DNA from: Acidobacteria bacterium UBA2161
GTDB taxonomy: Bacteria; Acidobacteriota; Vicinamibacteria; Vicinamibacterales; UBA823
Assembly (NCBI GenBank): GCA_002328835.1
Contig: DCWN01000043.1
Coordinates: 17,740-81,739 of the forward strand
Direction of reading: 5' to 3'
Length of the DNA stretch: 64,000 nt
In this document: positions 63,419-64,000 of the stretch, one piece after another
How positions within the stretch are numbered: the stretch's first letter is position 1
How the letters are laid out: each line of letters begins with the position of its first letter
The notes under the pieces: generated by a model
Databases searched by the model: none
What the model was told of the DNA's origin: nothing
Seen by the model: only the letters and a program-made list of their open reading frames with translations
Translations under genes and position numbers: made by a program

Positions 63419-64000
63419 TCACGCGCCTTTCGGGTGCATCGTCCGCCCGCCGACCACCGTCCGGGCAACCTCGATCTCCTTGATCGCGTCAGGGTCGACG
63501 TCGTGCGGGTCCTGCCGCAGCTCGACGAAGTCGGCGTACTTCCCGACGGCGATCGAGCCTTTTACGTCTTCTTCGTACGAGGCGTAGGCGCCGTTGACGG
63601 TCCCGATCCGCAGCGCCTCGTCCACCGTCACCTTCTGGCTCGGCCCCCAGACCCGCCCCTCGAAGTCCTTCCGGGTCACCATGCTCTGGATCGCCATCAG
63701 CGGCTCGAACGGGCCGGGCACGTAGTCGGACGCGCCCGCGACCGGGATGTCGTAGTCGAGGAACGACTTGTGCGCGAACATCCACTCCATCTTCTCCTGG
63801 CCGTACTCCACCCACTTGTTGCCGTGGTAGTGCGCGTAGGTCCAGAACGGCGTCGGAATCGAGCCTGACGCCTTGATGCGTGTCAGCAGATCGGGATTGA
63901 CGAGCGAGCAGTGTTCCAGGCGGTGGCGCCGGTCGGGGTGGGGCCACATCCGGAGCACGCGCTCGTAGGCGTCGAGGACGTACTCGATCGTCTTGTCGCC
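63419..64000 (-). CDS. Amidohydrolase-3 (YtcJ-like) family metallohydrolase, C-terminal part; the gene continues past the right edge
   Basis: The frame is open to the window end (..DKTIEYVLDAYERVLRMWPHPDRRHRLEHCSLV..). C-terminal GSIAVGKYADFVEL...VARTVVGGRTM is typical of the family. Confidence 0.8.
   Translation of the reverse strand, partial: GDKTIEYVLDAYERVLRMWPHPDRRHRLEHCSLVNPDLLTRIKASGSIPTPFWTYAHYHGNKWVEYGQEKMEWMFAHKSFLDYDIPVAGASDYVPGPFEPLMAIQSMVTRKDFEGRVWGPSQKVTVDEALRIGTVNGAYASYEEDVKGSIAVGKYADFVELRQDPHDVDPDAIKEIEVARTVVGGRTMHPKGA

Overview
Very GC-rich chromosomal segment (GC3 is near saturation in the real genes) from a diderm-type bacterium. The gene content (bacillithiol bshB1-bshA, a coxMNOP-like oxidase, many secreted peptidases and hydrolases, GC-rich REP-like hairpins) resembles Acidobacteriota/Gemmatimonadota-type soil bacteria, but the taxon is inference only. 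I support about 60 protein-coding genes. They are tightly packed, and many adjacent pairs have 1-8 nt start/stop overlaps (ATGA/GTGA). I saw no rRNA, tRNA, CRISPR array, transposase, integrase or phage genes.

Recognisable modules:
- NhaP-like and NhaC antiporters.
- glpK-btpA-pfkB operon.
- SSS symporter (with a 36-aa micro-ORF), APC permease and amidinotransferase operon.
- OYE reductase, FAD monooxygenase and thioesterase trio.
- FAD oxidoreductase, bshB1, bshA and large PIG-L protein cluster.
- Membrane M28 peptidase operon.
- Heme-copper oxidase operon with two subunit-III paralogs.
- HTH-TOBE regulator divergent from modABC.
- DUF47-PiT pair.

Most notable observations:
1. An OsmC-family gene has an in-frame TGA exactly at the conserved redox Cys, followed by a SECIS-like hairpin. 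This is a candidate selenoprotein.
2. A neighbouring PLP decarboxylase is interrupted by a single in-frame TAG.
3. There are three interrelated families of non-coding palindromic repeats: a ~185-nt long-hairpin element in two inverted copies with one compensatory base-pair change; a MITE-like family with 25-nt CTAG-terminated TIRs present as full-length, mini and solo copies, whose ends supply stop codons or cover a start codon; and short TGTAGCGCGGG-type hairpins directly after stop codons.
4. Several gene remnants or truncations are present.

The long Arg/Pro/Ala-rich ORFs antisense to recognisable genes are treated as high-GC artefacts.
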